The notes below the pieces were generated by a model. The model searched no databases. It was not told the DNA's origin and saw only the letters and a program-made list of their open reading frames with translations. A program made the translations under genes and the position numbers. Of a stretch of 64,000 nucleotides of DNA, positions 14,635 through 27,570 are shown piece after piece; within the stretch, counting starts at the first letter, position 1; the number at the start of each line of letters is the position of its first letter. The stretch lies in NCBI GenBank assembly GCA_028023455.1, contig JAQFVV010000006.1, positions 4,402,001 through 4,466,000 on the forward strand. The letters run 5' to 3'. This DNA comes from Epiperipatus broadwayi (lineage: Eukaryota > Animalia > Onychophora).

Positions 14635-15193
14635 ATTGTTATTAAAATTAATTCTAACATCGTCTAATATTTGCCAATTGTAAATTTGAAAATTGTGCTG
14701 GGTTTAACTATAAATTAATAATGTAATGGACGTAAAGTTGTGAAGATTAAATATTCATGCTCTCATTCTGAAATGCTTTAGATTGGCCTATGTAATTGCA
14801 ATTAGGTATAAAGATAAGTTGACCATTCTTATTTTTAAAAAGTTTGTATTTTGCGTTTGGATTTAAGAATAATCAGCATACTCACTATAACATCGGTGAG
14901 TTAGTAACATGCTTGAACAATGCATATAAAAGACTGATTATCTTTTGATTAGGAATTATTAATGAAAATTGTGCTTGTATATTATGTTGTTATTAAAACT
15001 GATATTAGCAAATAAGAGTTTGAAATATCCTGAATAGATTTCAACTAGGATTAAAAAAAAAAAAAAAAAAAATGGAAGGAATGTATGTGAACATCTTGTG
15101 ACTTTTTGATCATCTGGGTCAAATTTTTATTTTTTATAGAGAAATAATCTGTATAGTGGTTTCAGAAACAACTTTTTTTATTATTATCATCAT

Positions 15194-15393
15194 GATAGAA
15201 TGACAGCCTGTTAAGCTAAATTGCGCAGACGCTGTGAGAATGTTGTTTATAAATGAATACCTTCGAACAACCACATGAAGGTATTCATTTATAAACAACA
15301 TTCTCACAGCGTCTGCGCAATTTAGCTTAACAGGCTGTCATTCTATCATAATTATAATCGCACACAAGACGTTATAAAATAAATGCTTATTCG
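15194..15393. mobile_element. Perfect 73-bp inverted repeat plus 44-bp tail, 15-bp TSD
   Basis: 15192-15264 is the exact reverse complement of 15277-15349 (12-nt loop); TSD tattattatcatcat at 15179-15193 and 15394-15408. Confidence 0.9.
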
Positions 15394-15609
15394 TATTATT
15401 ATCATCATAATTTTGCCTTGAAGACAAGAAGTGCTAACTATGTAATAGGAATACTGTTACGGTAATTTTCAAAGGGGATAGTTTGTTGTTATTTTGCCAA
15501 CTTTTTAATACAGTTTATTTTAGTATCTTAATATCGAATGATGTAACTTTAATCTTTTACAACATTTAGATACATAATATGTTTTTGATTTTATTTTTTT
15601 ATCTTTAAG

Positions 15610-15750
15610 GAATCTTCAGAAAGTAGTGAATCTGTTTTTGCTATTAATCGGTGTAAGGAGACATTGCCTAAACTACCAGTTCGTAAATTCGGCTTACCCT
15701 TTAAAGGCTTATTAGCTAGTCAACTGAAATGTAAAAAATGTGGATATAAG
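15610..15750 (+). CDS. USP30: USP30-like exon (first CxxC of fingers zinc ribbon)
   Basis: AG/GT boundaries, 141 nt, ...GLPFKGLLASQLKCKKCGYK (cf. USP30 PFHGRLTSNMVCKHC). Confidence 0.92.
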
Positions 15751-16759
15751 GTAATTAATATTTTTTTTTTCATTAAATAAAGTGTGAAGGTTATAATTGA
15801 CTATTTGTTAGTCTGCTTTCAGAACACGTTATATTTACTTGTTTAATGACATTTGTTTAAATTTCTTTTTTAACGATAATTTCACTCTCTGTGGTCAAGT
15901 TGCAATCATTAGTGTTTATATAAACATATAAGACCATAAATAAAAGTGGATTTCTACCTTTGCTATTAAAAGGAGGTTGCCTTGACAACAGATTGAGATT
16001 GTTGATTGGTATTGATATTTCTGCTTTCAATGAATATATATGTATATTGTAACTCTCGCAACATATGTTATAAAAGCACGTATATGCGTTACTATGTTTT
16101 AATAATTTTAAAAAAAAAAAAAAACTGAAGAAAAAAGAAAAAAAAAGCTTCAAAATACATTTTAAGAATGAAATGAATAAAAAAGAAATATTGCATAATT
16201 TTTTATTTGAGAATAGATTGTTTTCATTAAGAATAGGGTAGGGAAAGGGAATCCTGTCAGATAAAGATTTAAAATCCGCTCTCTTTATATAAATGGAAAA
16301 AAAAATGCAAATGTTATAGTGAGAAATAAAAAAAAAAGATGAATAAATGTAAAAGATTTTAAAATAAGATTTTCAATAAAATTAGTGAAAGAAGTCGTGT
16401 AAACTATCTCATTGGCAGGAATGCACTTAAATTTGGAAAGATTCCTGGCCGATAAGAAAAGTGTAATGGCAAATTTACATTGTGGCTGTGTATATTTGCT
16501 GTTTCATCCTCAGAAGATGTTGATGTCTGAATTAATTATTACATAAAAGATTTTCTAATAAACAGAGGAGGTTTCTCTAGTGTCAGGAAATTAGTAGCGA
16601 TTTAAGCATTAACTTGCGACATTTTTACATGCTATTTTATACAGGTTTTTTTCCATGTAATCTTTATTATAGTTATTTTAAAAGTGTAAATATTAGTTTG
16701 ATTTTATATAATGTAGTGGTTCATTGCTTAAGAGTTCCCAAGAAGTTTAAGAACTTGAA

Positions 16760-16822
16760 TTGACACTGCTGGACCTATGGACCTTGGGTTCGGAAATCAC
16801 CATCTACCACTGCACTAAACCT
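16760..16822 (-). repeat. tRNA-like SINE head relic
   Basis: Minus strand ggtttagtgcagtggtag A-box-like; a similar relic lies at ~1570-1625. Confidence 0.3.
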
Positions 16823-17792
16823 TGGTGGTTTGGAGCAAAGTGAGGCATCTACTCTTGGAATTATTCTTTATAACTGACCTAAGCCTTTCATTTGATCATG
16901 CATTTAATCTAAATTTGATTGGGAATTTTTATCTAATTTCAAAAAGCAAAGATTTTTTTTTATCCAATTAATGTAATGTTATAAACTTATGATCGCATTA
17001 ATTGGATTAGAAATCTTTGTGTATTGAGAGTCGGTACAAATCTTCCGACAGATTTAGAGTTATCGTGTACTGGGATCAAATTCATTAGCTTGGTACTATG
17101 TAAAGTTTGTATTAGTTATGAGTAATTTCAGTAGTAGTCACCTCACTCTAGTCAGGATCCAACAGGTTTAAACCTGAGTCATCAATGACCACTAGATATA
17201 ATTATATTACTTTCTCAGACTACTTTCTAGTTTATGGTCTTCACTTGTAATGACTTTGAATTTAAAATTGGAACTCATGTATTATGCATCTATAGCCATC
17301 TTTAACTTTTTTAAACTACCAAACTAACAGTCTGATATTCAAAACTTCTAATGTTTTGAATCTGGCTGCTATCTTGTATAGTTATGTCAATTTGACACTA
17401 AATCAATCAACTGCATATTTTAGTAACCTTAGTTAATATGATAACTGGATAGTGATTACTCATATTTGCAATAGGTGGCGGTAGTGTAAACAGAAAACTG
17501 ATATCATTGTTTCTGAATTCATATGTTAAGTATAAGCAGAGAAAAAATTGTGAATTGTAAGGATTTTTAAAATAAAGTGAAACATATAATATGGTTTTAA
17601 TATGTGCGACATATATACACTTCTGTCACTTATTGTACACATAGCATGATATACAGTTAAAATTTTATTGCTATATTTAATCTGTTTTGAATATGATTTA
17701 CGGTAATTTAGAAAATATAAGGAACAGTAAAATTTATGTTTATAAAAATAATTATCTCTACATGTTATTGCAAATATTTGTTGTTATTTCAG

Positions 17793-17852
17793 TGTCCTGT
17801 CAAGTACGATACATTCGATAGTCTTTCTCTCACTATTCCGAGCAGTAACTGG
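17793..17852 (+). CDS. USP30: USP30-like exon
   Basis: tttcag acceptor, gtgagt donor; 60 nt CPVKYDTFDSLSLTIPSSNW (cf. SPVRFDTFDSLSLSIPAATW). Confidence 0.95.
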
Positions 17853-20129
17853 GTGAGTAATTTTGTCAAAATTCCACGCAAGATGTTTAATTCACAGTGT
17901 GGCTTGGAAAAGAAGGTAGGCTCTGATTTTTCATCAGCTTTGGGTTTTTTGTTTTTTTTTTTGCCATCCTTTTTACTCCCTGCTATCACTGTGGCTTATG
18001 ATCATTTCTATTTTTTAAAAGTATGAATAATTTTTTTATGAATTTCGGAGGCATCCGGATAGAATGTTAACGAAGAAACGGTGTTTTTGCAAAATAATAC
18101 TTGCATTCAACTGGATAGAAACGTTATTCCATGATCACTACCAAAGAAATAGGTGCTACATATGAATGATAATAAAAGATTAATAAAAGTAAACAAAAGA
18201 CTAGAAACAAATACAAAGACCCAATTTTTTTAATGAAAATGAAAGAAAGAAATAAAGCACGAGACTAAAAAACTAGTTATTAATTTTACGAGTATCTAAA
18301 AAAATTGTAAAAACTGATAACTGAATTTAAATTCAACTAATCAGTTGCTTCACTTTTGATCCCGTTTCCTCTTTTAGTTTTTATTTTGATTGGACAAAAT
18401 ATTGTATTTATTTTATTTTGCTTCATGATTTTACATAGTTAGTTTAATCGCATTATTATTAATTTAAATAATCTTTTATTATCATTTCTTATAACCTATA
18501 TCTTTGCAATGATCCCAGAATTACATCTATGCACAGAGAAATCAAATATTATTTTATCAAAACATGAGTGCATGTTTAGTATTTTAATATTTTATGTAGG
18601 TTACCTTGAAAATTCATTGTAATGAATTATTATTATACATGTATATGTAAAAGTGTAATTCAATTTATGCGTAAATCGTAAAGTCTATAAATATTTAGTG
18701 CTGTGAATCGACTCTGAAATCTTTAAGACTCGAGTCTGTCAAAATCGTGATGTGCAATTAAAACAAATGTATCTTGTTTAGGCAATTTGCATGTTTATTA
18801 GCAGGAGTTAATTATCAAATATAATGAGAATCAAGCAATTTATCTTAGACAGATAAAGGGCTCGTTAAAATTTATGATGTAATTGCAATACCTGAAATCC
18901 TGAAATAAATTTGCATTCGGAAAATAACATGATGAATTTATAAAATGCCACCGTATTGGAACATATTTATTAAGCTTACAGTATTTGAAATGGTGTAGTT
19001 TCATTTTAGAGTAAAAGATATGCTGTAATTAACAAATTTATTGTTAATGAAGTTTATTTAGCAGTTAATTGTCTGCAACAGAATTTTTTTTCTTCGTATC
19101 ATTAGGATGATATTATTCTAATTTACTAAAAAATGAAATTTTGTCTCTCCCTCAAATTTTTTTTTTTTGGTATAACTGGAATTTTCAATTTTTAATGGCA
19201 TCATATATTTCAAAAGTTTTGCGCATTCTCGGGATTTATTGATTTTTGTTTTTTTTTTTTTGTTGCGTAAATACAAATAAGAATATTTTTAGTTTGTGTA
19301 GTTTTATGTTAATATAATTTTAAATATTTATTTTTCCTTGCTCCTTTTAAGACTTTAACTTTCCATTTTATTTTATTTTTATTTATTTATTTATTTTTTT
19401 ATTCTTTATGTTCACATTTTTCAAATTGCTTTATTAAGCTTAAAGCCAGTGAAAGAATGTGGATTTTAAATTGATACTATTCATTTTCTGCTGTGTTAGC
19501 ATTCAGTATATCTGAATATCAGGTGGACATATAAAAATGTATTCAATTTATTGTTTATTCAGCCTTGGCTGCAGAGAGCGAAAGGAGATGATTTTTTTTT
19601 GAGGCCTTAAACTGAGCAGGGCAAATTTTTAAATGTCCACTCCATATGTTCTTGTTGTTGCATCTGTTATGACTGTGTGATTATTTATATAATATACGAG
19701 CATGGATAGGCTGCTCACCAACATGCATTAGACAGCATGGTGAGTTTATTGGCTTTTTACCTCTGAGTTTAAGATCAAGAAACACCATGGTCTTTCTTCT
19801 CTCAGCTGCCTGATAAGCCAGAACAAATGTATGTGTATTTATTGGGCTTCTATCTCTGGGTGTAAAAATCAATTAAACACCAGTCTTTCTTTTTACTTGT
19901 CTGACAGCTCTTACCTGAAATATAACTTGAGTTTTTTTGAAGACGAGATAAATGTGTGTGAATGATCTTTTTTTGCCTTATTATAGATATTTACAACCAG
20001 ATCTGACAAAATTAAGTTGTGGGACTCATTTCCTGTAGGCTGTAAAGGTACTAACTGAGACTGTGGTTGGTGGCAAAAGGTAAATGGTATTTAGAATCCC
20101 TTTCTTGCTAATCTAAGCTGTCATTGAAT

Positions 20130-21260
20130 GATAGTTTTCATTTAGGTAACTACAACCGCAGATCATTTTTAAGTAAAGGAAGATTACAAGAATTGAAAGA
20201 AAACTGTCTAATAATAAATGAATCATTTTTGGACTATGTGAAGCTAAAAGAAAAGATGTTAGCAATTGATTTAAACAATGGACATGTACATAACAGCAAA
20301 ACGCATATATTAGAAGCACAAATGAAGTGGGATTTATTATAAATAGAAAGCGGAAATATTACATCATGTAGATTGATGATATATCAGTCAGAAGTACAAG
20401 ATTAACTATTCAATTCAATGGAAAATACAAAAGTCAGATAATTTAGGTTTACGCTTCAAAAAGTTCTGATTGTGATGAAATAGAGGATCTTTATATATTG
20501 ATGTGCAAAATGCTTTCGATTTTCAAATTATCATAGGAGATTTTAATTCTAGAATCGATAAATAATTGAAAGATGAAAGTACTGTAGGTACATTTGGTTA
20601 TGATGATAGAAGTAAAAGAGAAAAGATTTGTGGAATTTGTAGAAAAAGTAAAAACTGTATATTATGAATTTTTTTTTTGAGAAAAATGCCGAACAGAAAT
20701 GAACATGGAACATCAAAATAATAGTACCACAGAATTGGATTATCTTTTGACTAATAGAAAATATGTATTTCAAAATTGTAATGTTCTTAATAGAATCAAT
20801 CAAAGACATGAAAACTATCAAGAAAGAAAGTGTTATTGCTGTGTCCTTAAAGTCCAGTCTGTTTGCTGGGAATTCTTGAATTCCGGGATTATATCTGGAA
20901 AAATATTGCAAAGATGTTGTGTCCTTAGAGTTCATTAATAGTTGCTATTTCAAACCTCCAGAAACACTCCAATAAATTGAAATTAGAATTTACAAAAATT
21001 TGAAAATATTAACAAATTTTCAGGATGATATTAGAATCTATAAAAAGACAAGTGATATCCTATAAAAACTGCAAGGAAGATAGCTGGTACAAAAAGCAAC
21101 AATTTAACAGTCAATTTTTTGTTGAGTCAAGACAGTGTATGAAGAAAAAGGAGTATGAAAATATTTAACAATTATTAATTAAGAATGATTGAATAATTAT
21201 AGTTTTACAAAATAATAGGAAAATGAAATAATGATTATGAATTGGCAAGGAAAGTTATAA
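20130..21260 (+). mobile_element. Degraded RTE LINE, EN region
   Basis: IIGDFN-like and TTELDYLLTN motifs; parallels 8400-9480. Confidence 0.6.
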
Positions 21261-22244
21261 AAGGGAATATAAGTCTCAGTAATTGTTGCGTTTGTAAAAA
21301 TATGTACATTGCAATTCAATAATTATAAGTTATAAGTCTTTTTGTACTCCAGAAAAAGTAAGGAAAATATATTAGAGGAATATTTTTTTTTTAGATTGCT
21401 AACTTATAAGAGTAAAATTAATGAACGTTTGGGTAAAGTAATTTAAGAAAAGCAAACATTGCATAATTAAATCAGATAGAAAGTAAAAAGATTTAATTAA
21501 TGATTAATTTTGCGTAGGATCTAACAAGAGAAAATATTTACGTAATATGTGATAAGAAAATTGTGTTTGCCAAGAAATAATTGGTAGTTATAAATATTTC
21601 TTGGTACAATAGAAATGGAACGGACTAATTAAAAACGTCAAGAGGAAAACAAGACTGATAACAATTGAACACGAACCCTGGATTGCCGGAGGCCAAACTG
21701 CATGAATAGAGTGTGCAGCAACTGTCGGTGGGAGATTTTAATGAAAACAGACTGAAAGAAACGTGAGTGATTGGTAGCGTTCTAGTATGGAGGACAGCAT
21801 GATTGTGAGCAACAGCCGAACGAAACCAAAAAACTTCGTTATTTTGAGAAGTCATACCAAAGTGTTTTTGAAACTAGGGTCAAAGGAAACCATCCAGAAA
21901 ACAACAATTTGTTATGTGCATTGTGAGAATTGAATCATAAGTGAATTATATATACTGTATTGGGTGCATCAACAACTTTTTGCTGTTAATAATATTTCAT
22001 TATTATCCAGTCCTTATCTAAATTTCATTTATTGATTTATTTGTTGATATTCTGAGTGCTTGCATTCGAATACACAACAATAATGTAAAACAGTATTTTG
22101 GTATTGAAAGAAAAGTTTTTTTCTCAATAAAGAGAAAAGATGGAACTATTACTAAAAAGAGATTATATCATGAAATAGTATGGAAGAGGCCTAAACAGAA
22201 TTATATAGTAATAAACAACAAGAAGACAAAGTATCACTGAGGTA

Positions 22245-22378
22245 ACAGTAGCGCCACTCAGTGCTAGCCAGAGAAATTATTGATGCAGGAGTGGCACTAC
22301 TGTATAGAGAATTTTGCCTCTGTGAAAAAAAGCTTGGGTAAGCATAAAGAATGGTGATCATATGATGTTTGATGGTTT
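22245..22378 (+). mobile_element. Family A mini-derivative (ends plus tail only)
   Basis: acagtagcgccactcagtgc...gagtggcactactgtat followed by tail taagcataaagaatggtgatcatatgatgtttgatggttta. Confidence 0.75.
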
Positions 22379-22429
22379 AAGACAATATATCCCTTGCAGT
22401 TATTATATCTCCTGAATTTCTCGGCAATT

Positions 22430-23895
22430 TAAATTAAAAAATAAAGCCTGCAATTAAATATATGAAGAAATGAGAAGTTCAAAGAAATGTTGGAATTGTT
22501 GATATCTTAAAAGAAGCAGGTGAAAAAATGGAAAAAATTGTTGGCAAAGTTATATGTACCAAATGTTTGATGGATAAAATCATGCAGGATGATTGAAAGA
22601 ATACAGTACTAATACTGATGTTTAAGAAAGGTGATGATGAAGATATTAAAAACTACAAACGTGTGAGTCTTCTATCAAACCGTTACAATCTACCAAAATA
22701 ATAATTTGTCTATAGCCAGCTTTGGATTTTAAATAATCAAAAGAACAAGGTGGATTCAAAAGTGGTTTTAGATTGATGGATCATATCCAAGTATTAAGAA
22801 AAGTTATAGAAATGACCAATGTCTATGAGTTGCCATTATGTATTGGATTTGTAGAATATGAAAAGGCATTTAACGCTGCAAGCATTTGTACAATCATTAA
22901 GACATTAGATCATCAAAATATAGACTCAAAATCAAAATCATATTCCAATGAATATTTATCAAAATATAGCAGCAGTGATTGGATTAAGTTATGATGCTAA
23001 GAAGATTAAGATCCATAAGGACATATAACAGAATAATTTCATAACTCCAAAAGTTGTTAATGGCAGTTTTACATAAAGTATTTCACAGACTAAACTGGGA
23101 AGCTAATGTGGAAAAATACTTGGAGATTATTTGAGTTGTCTAGATTATGCAAATGATGCAGTTGATGGGCAAATAATGTTTCTGAGTTTCAGGAAATGTT
23201 GCAATAATTATGAAATAAAAGTAAGAGATTAAATATAATTACTAATAAAATTAAAGTAATATTTAACGGATTTTCTCCGAAGAAGAAAATAAAGATTGAC
23301 AATGATGAGTTAGAATAAATTAACAACTACAAATACCTTGGTCAGCAGATTGTTGTTAATACAGATGGAAACATAATTAATGAAATTAGAATTAAACTTC
23401 GATGGAATGCTTTTGGTAGAAATAACTGAATGTTAAAAGGAAATATGTTAATAGATATGTTTTGCAAGTTCTTATTTATGGACTCAGACTTTGACACTTA
23501 ACCAGAACAATACAGAGACTTTGACGTCTCAACAAAGTGTAGAGGAGGGGAGGTGTATGTTAGAAGGAACAAAAGAGATGTATGTTAGAAGGAATAAGAA
23601 GAGATCAAAAACGAAATACATAGGAGAGAGCACAAACATGATCATTGATTTCATTGAAAAATGTAAGAAACTGAATTGGAGTTGTTCTGGACTTATTTGT
23701 AGAAGAAGATGATAATAGATAGACAGTTTAAATTGAAATTGGATGGAGATTGTAAATGACGTAAAAAGTTCATATGTGAGACCGATGAATGAAATAAGGT
23801 TTGCTGATGTATTGGTATGAAAAGATACTAGAAATTGAATTAAATTTGAAGAGACTGTCATTCTGCAGTGAATCAGTGATTGGAAATGATGATGA
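22430..23895 (+). mobile_element. Degraded RTE LINE, RT to 3' end
   Basis: LPLCIGFVEYEKAFN, YKYLGQ, W.CSG.ICRR.D motifs; ends in gatgatgatg. Confidence 0.8.
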
Positions 23896-24746
23896 TGTTT
23901 TATCCTTTTGTGGGTTCTTCATTTAATTCATGACTAAGAATATTTTTTAATGATGCAATGTAACTTTTGCATATACTATATTTTATTCCAAGACCTCGAA
24001 ATTGTCTAACTTAGTGGTGTAATTTGTTTGTTTACAATATCTTATACATCTACATCAACTTTTCAACACCCATATAGTCTTTGATATTAAATCTCAATGC
24101 AATTTTTACGTTAGATAATTGGAATGCCATCTAACTATAACATAAGGTAATAATTATTTTCGATAAAAGAGCAGTTCCATCTTTCGTCATGCTCCCCCTT
24201 TTTTTCATAGATAGAGGAAAATCTTAAACACTTAGCCTAATGGATTGAATTTTGAAAACAATCACGAAATTTATTTTGACTTTTTTATCAAAAAAAATTA
24301 TTGTCTTATGCTATGCTGAATGGTTTTATAAATTGTTGCATTGAAATTTAATTTTTCGCATGACGTTTTTATTTAGCACAGTAAAGTATTTAACGTTACG
24401 TATTTCGTCACTCGAATCTTTGCTGGCAAAGTTTAAAAACTGGGAGAAATCTCAGCCTTATCAATTAATAATGTGAATCAATTTTAAATATCTGGAAATA
24501 AATTTAATGATTGACTTACACATTTATTGTTTTAATCTAAATATTAGACTTCCTCAGTATATAGAAAAGACGTGATGAAAGATAGGTTATTTTATAAAAA
24601 AATAAAAAAAAAGTTATGCAGTTACTTTAGGGAATTTTAGAGTAAGGACATCTTATTTTTACAGCTTGAGAAGTTTTTTAAATGAAAAGAAAACTAGTTA
24701 GATAATATAAAATGTGACAATCGGAGCAGAAAAATTCAAAAAATAT

Positions 24747-24895
24747 TAAACATTAATATTATTTTGCCAAGAGCTTTCGTTACCGTATACCAAGCTCATG
24801 GTGACGTATTAGAACTGAACGGTACAATTCTAATATGTCATCATGAGTTTGGCACATGGTATTAAAAGCGCTTGGCGAAATAATATTAGTGTTTA
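24747..24895. mobile_element. Short fold-back element related to family E
   Basis: Arms carry gccaagagctttcg / aaaagcgcttggcg, the same terminal motif as 14331/14516. Confidence 0.7.
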
Positions 24896-25332
24896 GGTAA
24901 TACAAATATATTATTAGAAAAACTGATGGTTGTTCGTAAATTTTGATTTAAAATTATGTACATTTCATTTAATATTTTAATCTATTTGTAATTTATTTTT
25001 ATTTTATATCAACAGAAAAGGAAGTGATTATTTATATCTAATGTTAGCAAGAATGAGAGAAACAAAGTAGCTTCTTAAATCTGGAATTAAATTACATCAA
25101 TCATTTTCAAGAAATAGGAATTAAAAATAAATAAGTTTCTTATCTTAAAATTATGCAATAAATTTCCATTTCAAAACCGATAACGTTTGGAAGCTCTGGA
25201 TTTGTTGCATGTACATGACCACACACACACACATAAATATAATAAAAATCTTTTCTATTATTAACTTAATATGTAAATAAAATAAAAACACCCATTACGT
25301 GATTTAATTTGTTGCGTTTGTAATTATAAACT

Positions 25333-25573
25333 AAAATAAAGAGCATGCTAATAGCTCTAACAATCTACAAATTATCCCCATCTCCAGACCAGTTTCAAAC
25401 TATTGGCTTTCCTCAGTGCAGTATCTGAAATATCCTAGTACCTCACTGAAGAAAGCCAATAGCTTGAAACCGGTCTGGAGATCAGGATAATATCTAGATA
25501 GAGATTTTAAATGCTTTTTCTTGTGACATTTATCGATAAAGCTTGTTAGAGCTATTACCACTCTCTTTATTTT
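25333..25573. mobile_element. Family B fold-back element; tail on left (25276-25332), 12-bp TSD
   Basis: Inverted arms; TSD acttaatatgta at 25264-25275 and 25575-25586. Confidence 0.85.
25441..25480 (+). ncRNA. Minimal type I hammerhead ribozyme (family B)
   Basis: CCUCA-CUGAAGA-AAGC-CAAUA-GCUU-GAAAC-CG-GUC-UGGAG; ACCGGU palindrome; mirror copy CUGAGGA...GAAAC-UG-GUC on - strand at ~25381-25420. Confidence 0.8.
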
Positions 25574-25777
25574 GACTTAATATGTAGACTATCTATATGT
25601 GATACTCATCCTCTTATGTTATTTTTTTGCAATATTATAATTAATTGATTTTTATAATATTGCGATTTAATTCCTGTGTCTGTTATCACATTTAAACTTT
25701 AAAGTGTTATGATTTGTTTTGATTCGAATTATAAAATTTTGTTAAAATATGTGTGTGCTTTTTTTTTTCCTATTTAG

Positions 25778-25933
25778 GGAGTTTTGACTTTGCACCAATG
25801 TCTGCAACACTTTGTTATGTCAGAATTAGTTAAAGACGTAGAATGCGAAAACTGCGCCAAAATACAAGCTAGCAAAGAATTTCATGAATCTTGTTCCAAA
25901 TCTACGTTTTTGAAACAATTAACAATTGGAAAG
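25778..25933 (+). CDS. USP30: USP30-like exon (second CxxC)
   Basis: Pyrimidine tract + AG, GT at 25934; 156 nt GVLTLHQCLQHFVMSELVKDVECENC...STFLKQLTIGK. Confidence 0.94.
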
Positions 25934-27119
25934 GTTTGAATTTGTGTTTTTTTAATTATAATTATAATGTAGAATTCATTGTTATCTTTTTTATTCTTGT
26001 TTGATGTTAACTTGGCCAAAATGTTTCGAATGTTGGTTAAAGAGAAGGTTTACTATATATATTTATTTTTATTGAATTTAGCTGAGCGCACTTTCAGCTT
26101 GAAAAACCAGATTCATAGCACTTGGCTATTTAAATATTCCAGTTTCTTGAGGGTTGGATAGTGTTTGATTACATTTGAGGAAGAGAGCATATATCAACGC
26201 TATAAAATAACTTTACCACAAATTTGTATTTACAAATCAGAAGATTAGTAAGATTTGTGAATTACACAATACTATTATAGAGATTACTTGACATAAAACG
26301 ATTATAGGGAACGGAAAGGTTGAACAGAGAGAAGGGGTAAATAGTGTGTATATAAATTTGTACAATTAATACAATGTATTATGTTTATAAAAATATTGAT
26401 GATTATGGTTCGACAAGACAAGAAGCAGAAGTAGTTTAACTGGTATTGTGTATTAAATGAATTTCAAGTAGTCGTTTTTTGCAAGAATGGCAAGGACGGA
26501 AATTTACCAAGGCATCATTTTGTGCATTAATAGCTTGGTCGAGCTACCTTATTTACATGTCGTATATTTCATTGGATATTCATTTTTAAAATTTTATGGT
26601 CAGTTTGTATTATTAATTTGAAGAATATATTGCATTTATTGTAATAATTAGCACTGATATATTGTAAATGATTGTGCTTGATTTCCTGTGTAATTTAGTG
26701 CAACGATAGAACGGTCTATTAAAGAATTTAAATGGATGGATTCCCAGTCGAAGAGAATTACAAAAAAAAAAAAGTAGTATCGTTCAGTTGAGAACGGAAC
26801 TATGGACTAAGATTGTAAACTTTTAATAATCGAACATAACATGATTTATCAGAATAATAAATGCATGTATTAAAATGTTTCAACTACTGTGAAGGACTTT
26901 TTGTTTTATCGTTGTATGTAAATTTTGTAGAAATCGGTGATGAAAAGTTAAAATTAATTCCAATAGTAACTTTGCCTGATCTTCAAATTTATTTTAATTC
27001 ATTATTCGTTGGATTAAATAATATTTAAAAAAAATTTACAGTTCTTATTTTTTAGATTATACAAGCCGCCTGATGGCGTTTTACACCCTTTAATACACAT
27101 CAATATAACGTTACCTGGC

Positions 27120-27570
27120 CGGCCTGTCTTTATTGTCCGATTTATGGTATTACAAAAAAAAAAGTCTACATTAATTATTGTCCCATTTCTTTATTGTCCG
27201 ATATTTGTTATTATATTTATATCAAAAAAAAAAAAGTCTACATGAATTTATTCACTTATTTTTTATTAGAAGCGAACAAGTTCTTTTTGTTTTTGCTTTT
27301 AAAAACATGCTTTTATTTTAATAACATTACCGTGTCAGACTTTTTTCTCTTTATTGTCTGATTTCAGGTATTATTTTGAGATTAATTAAAAAAAAAATAC
27401 ATGTTTAAATTAATTGCTATACTTCTTTTGGATTGAAAACAAAGTATAAATTAATTTATCTATTTATTTATTATCGGAAACGAACAAGTTCTTTTTTGTT
27501 TTTGCTTTTAAAAACAGACTATTATTTTAACAACTTTACTGTCCTGGACTTTTTTTTTTATTGTGCGATT
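27120..27570 (+). repeat. Degenerate tandem array
   Basis: tttattgtccgat-type motif four times; 27270-27345 repeated at 27478-27556. Confidence 0.7.

Larger units (their letters stand above)
14036..14998 (+). repeat. Diverged ~220-bp direct repeats (14036-14255, 14775-14998)
   Basis: Colinear shared blocks taattgca.ttaggtataaag and cactataacatc.gtgagttagtaacatg. Confidence 0.8.

Noticed and set aside
19690-19745. Exon-like segment ending in gtgagt
   Set aside because: Stops in the frame needed between flanking phase-0 exons, and weak acceptor.
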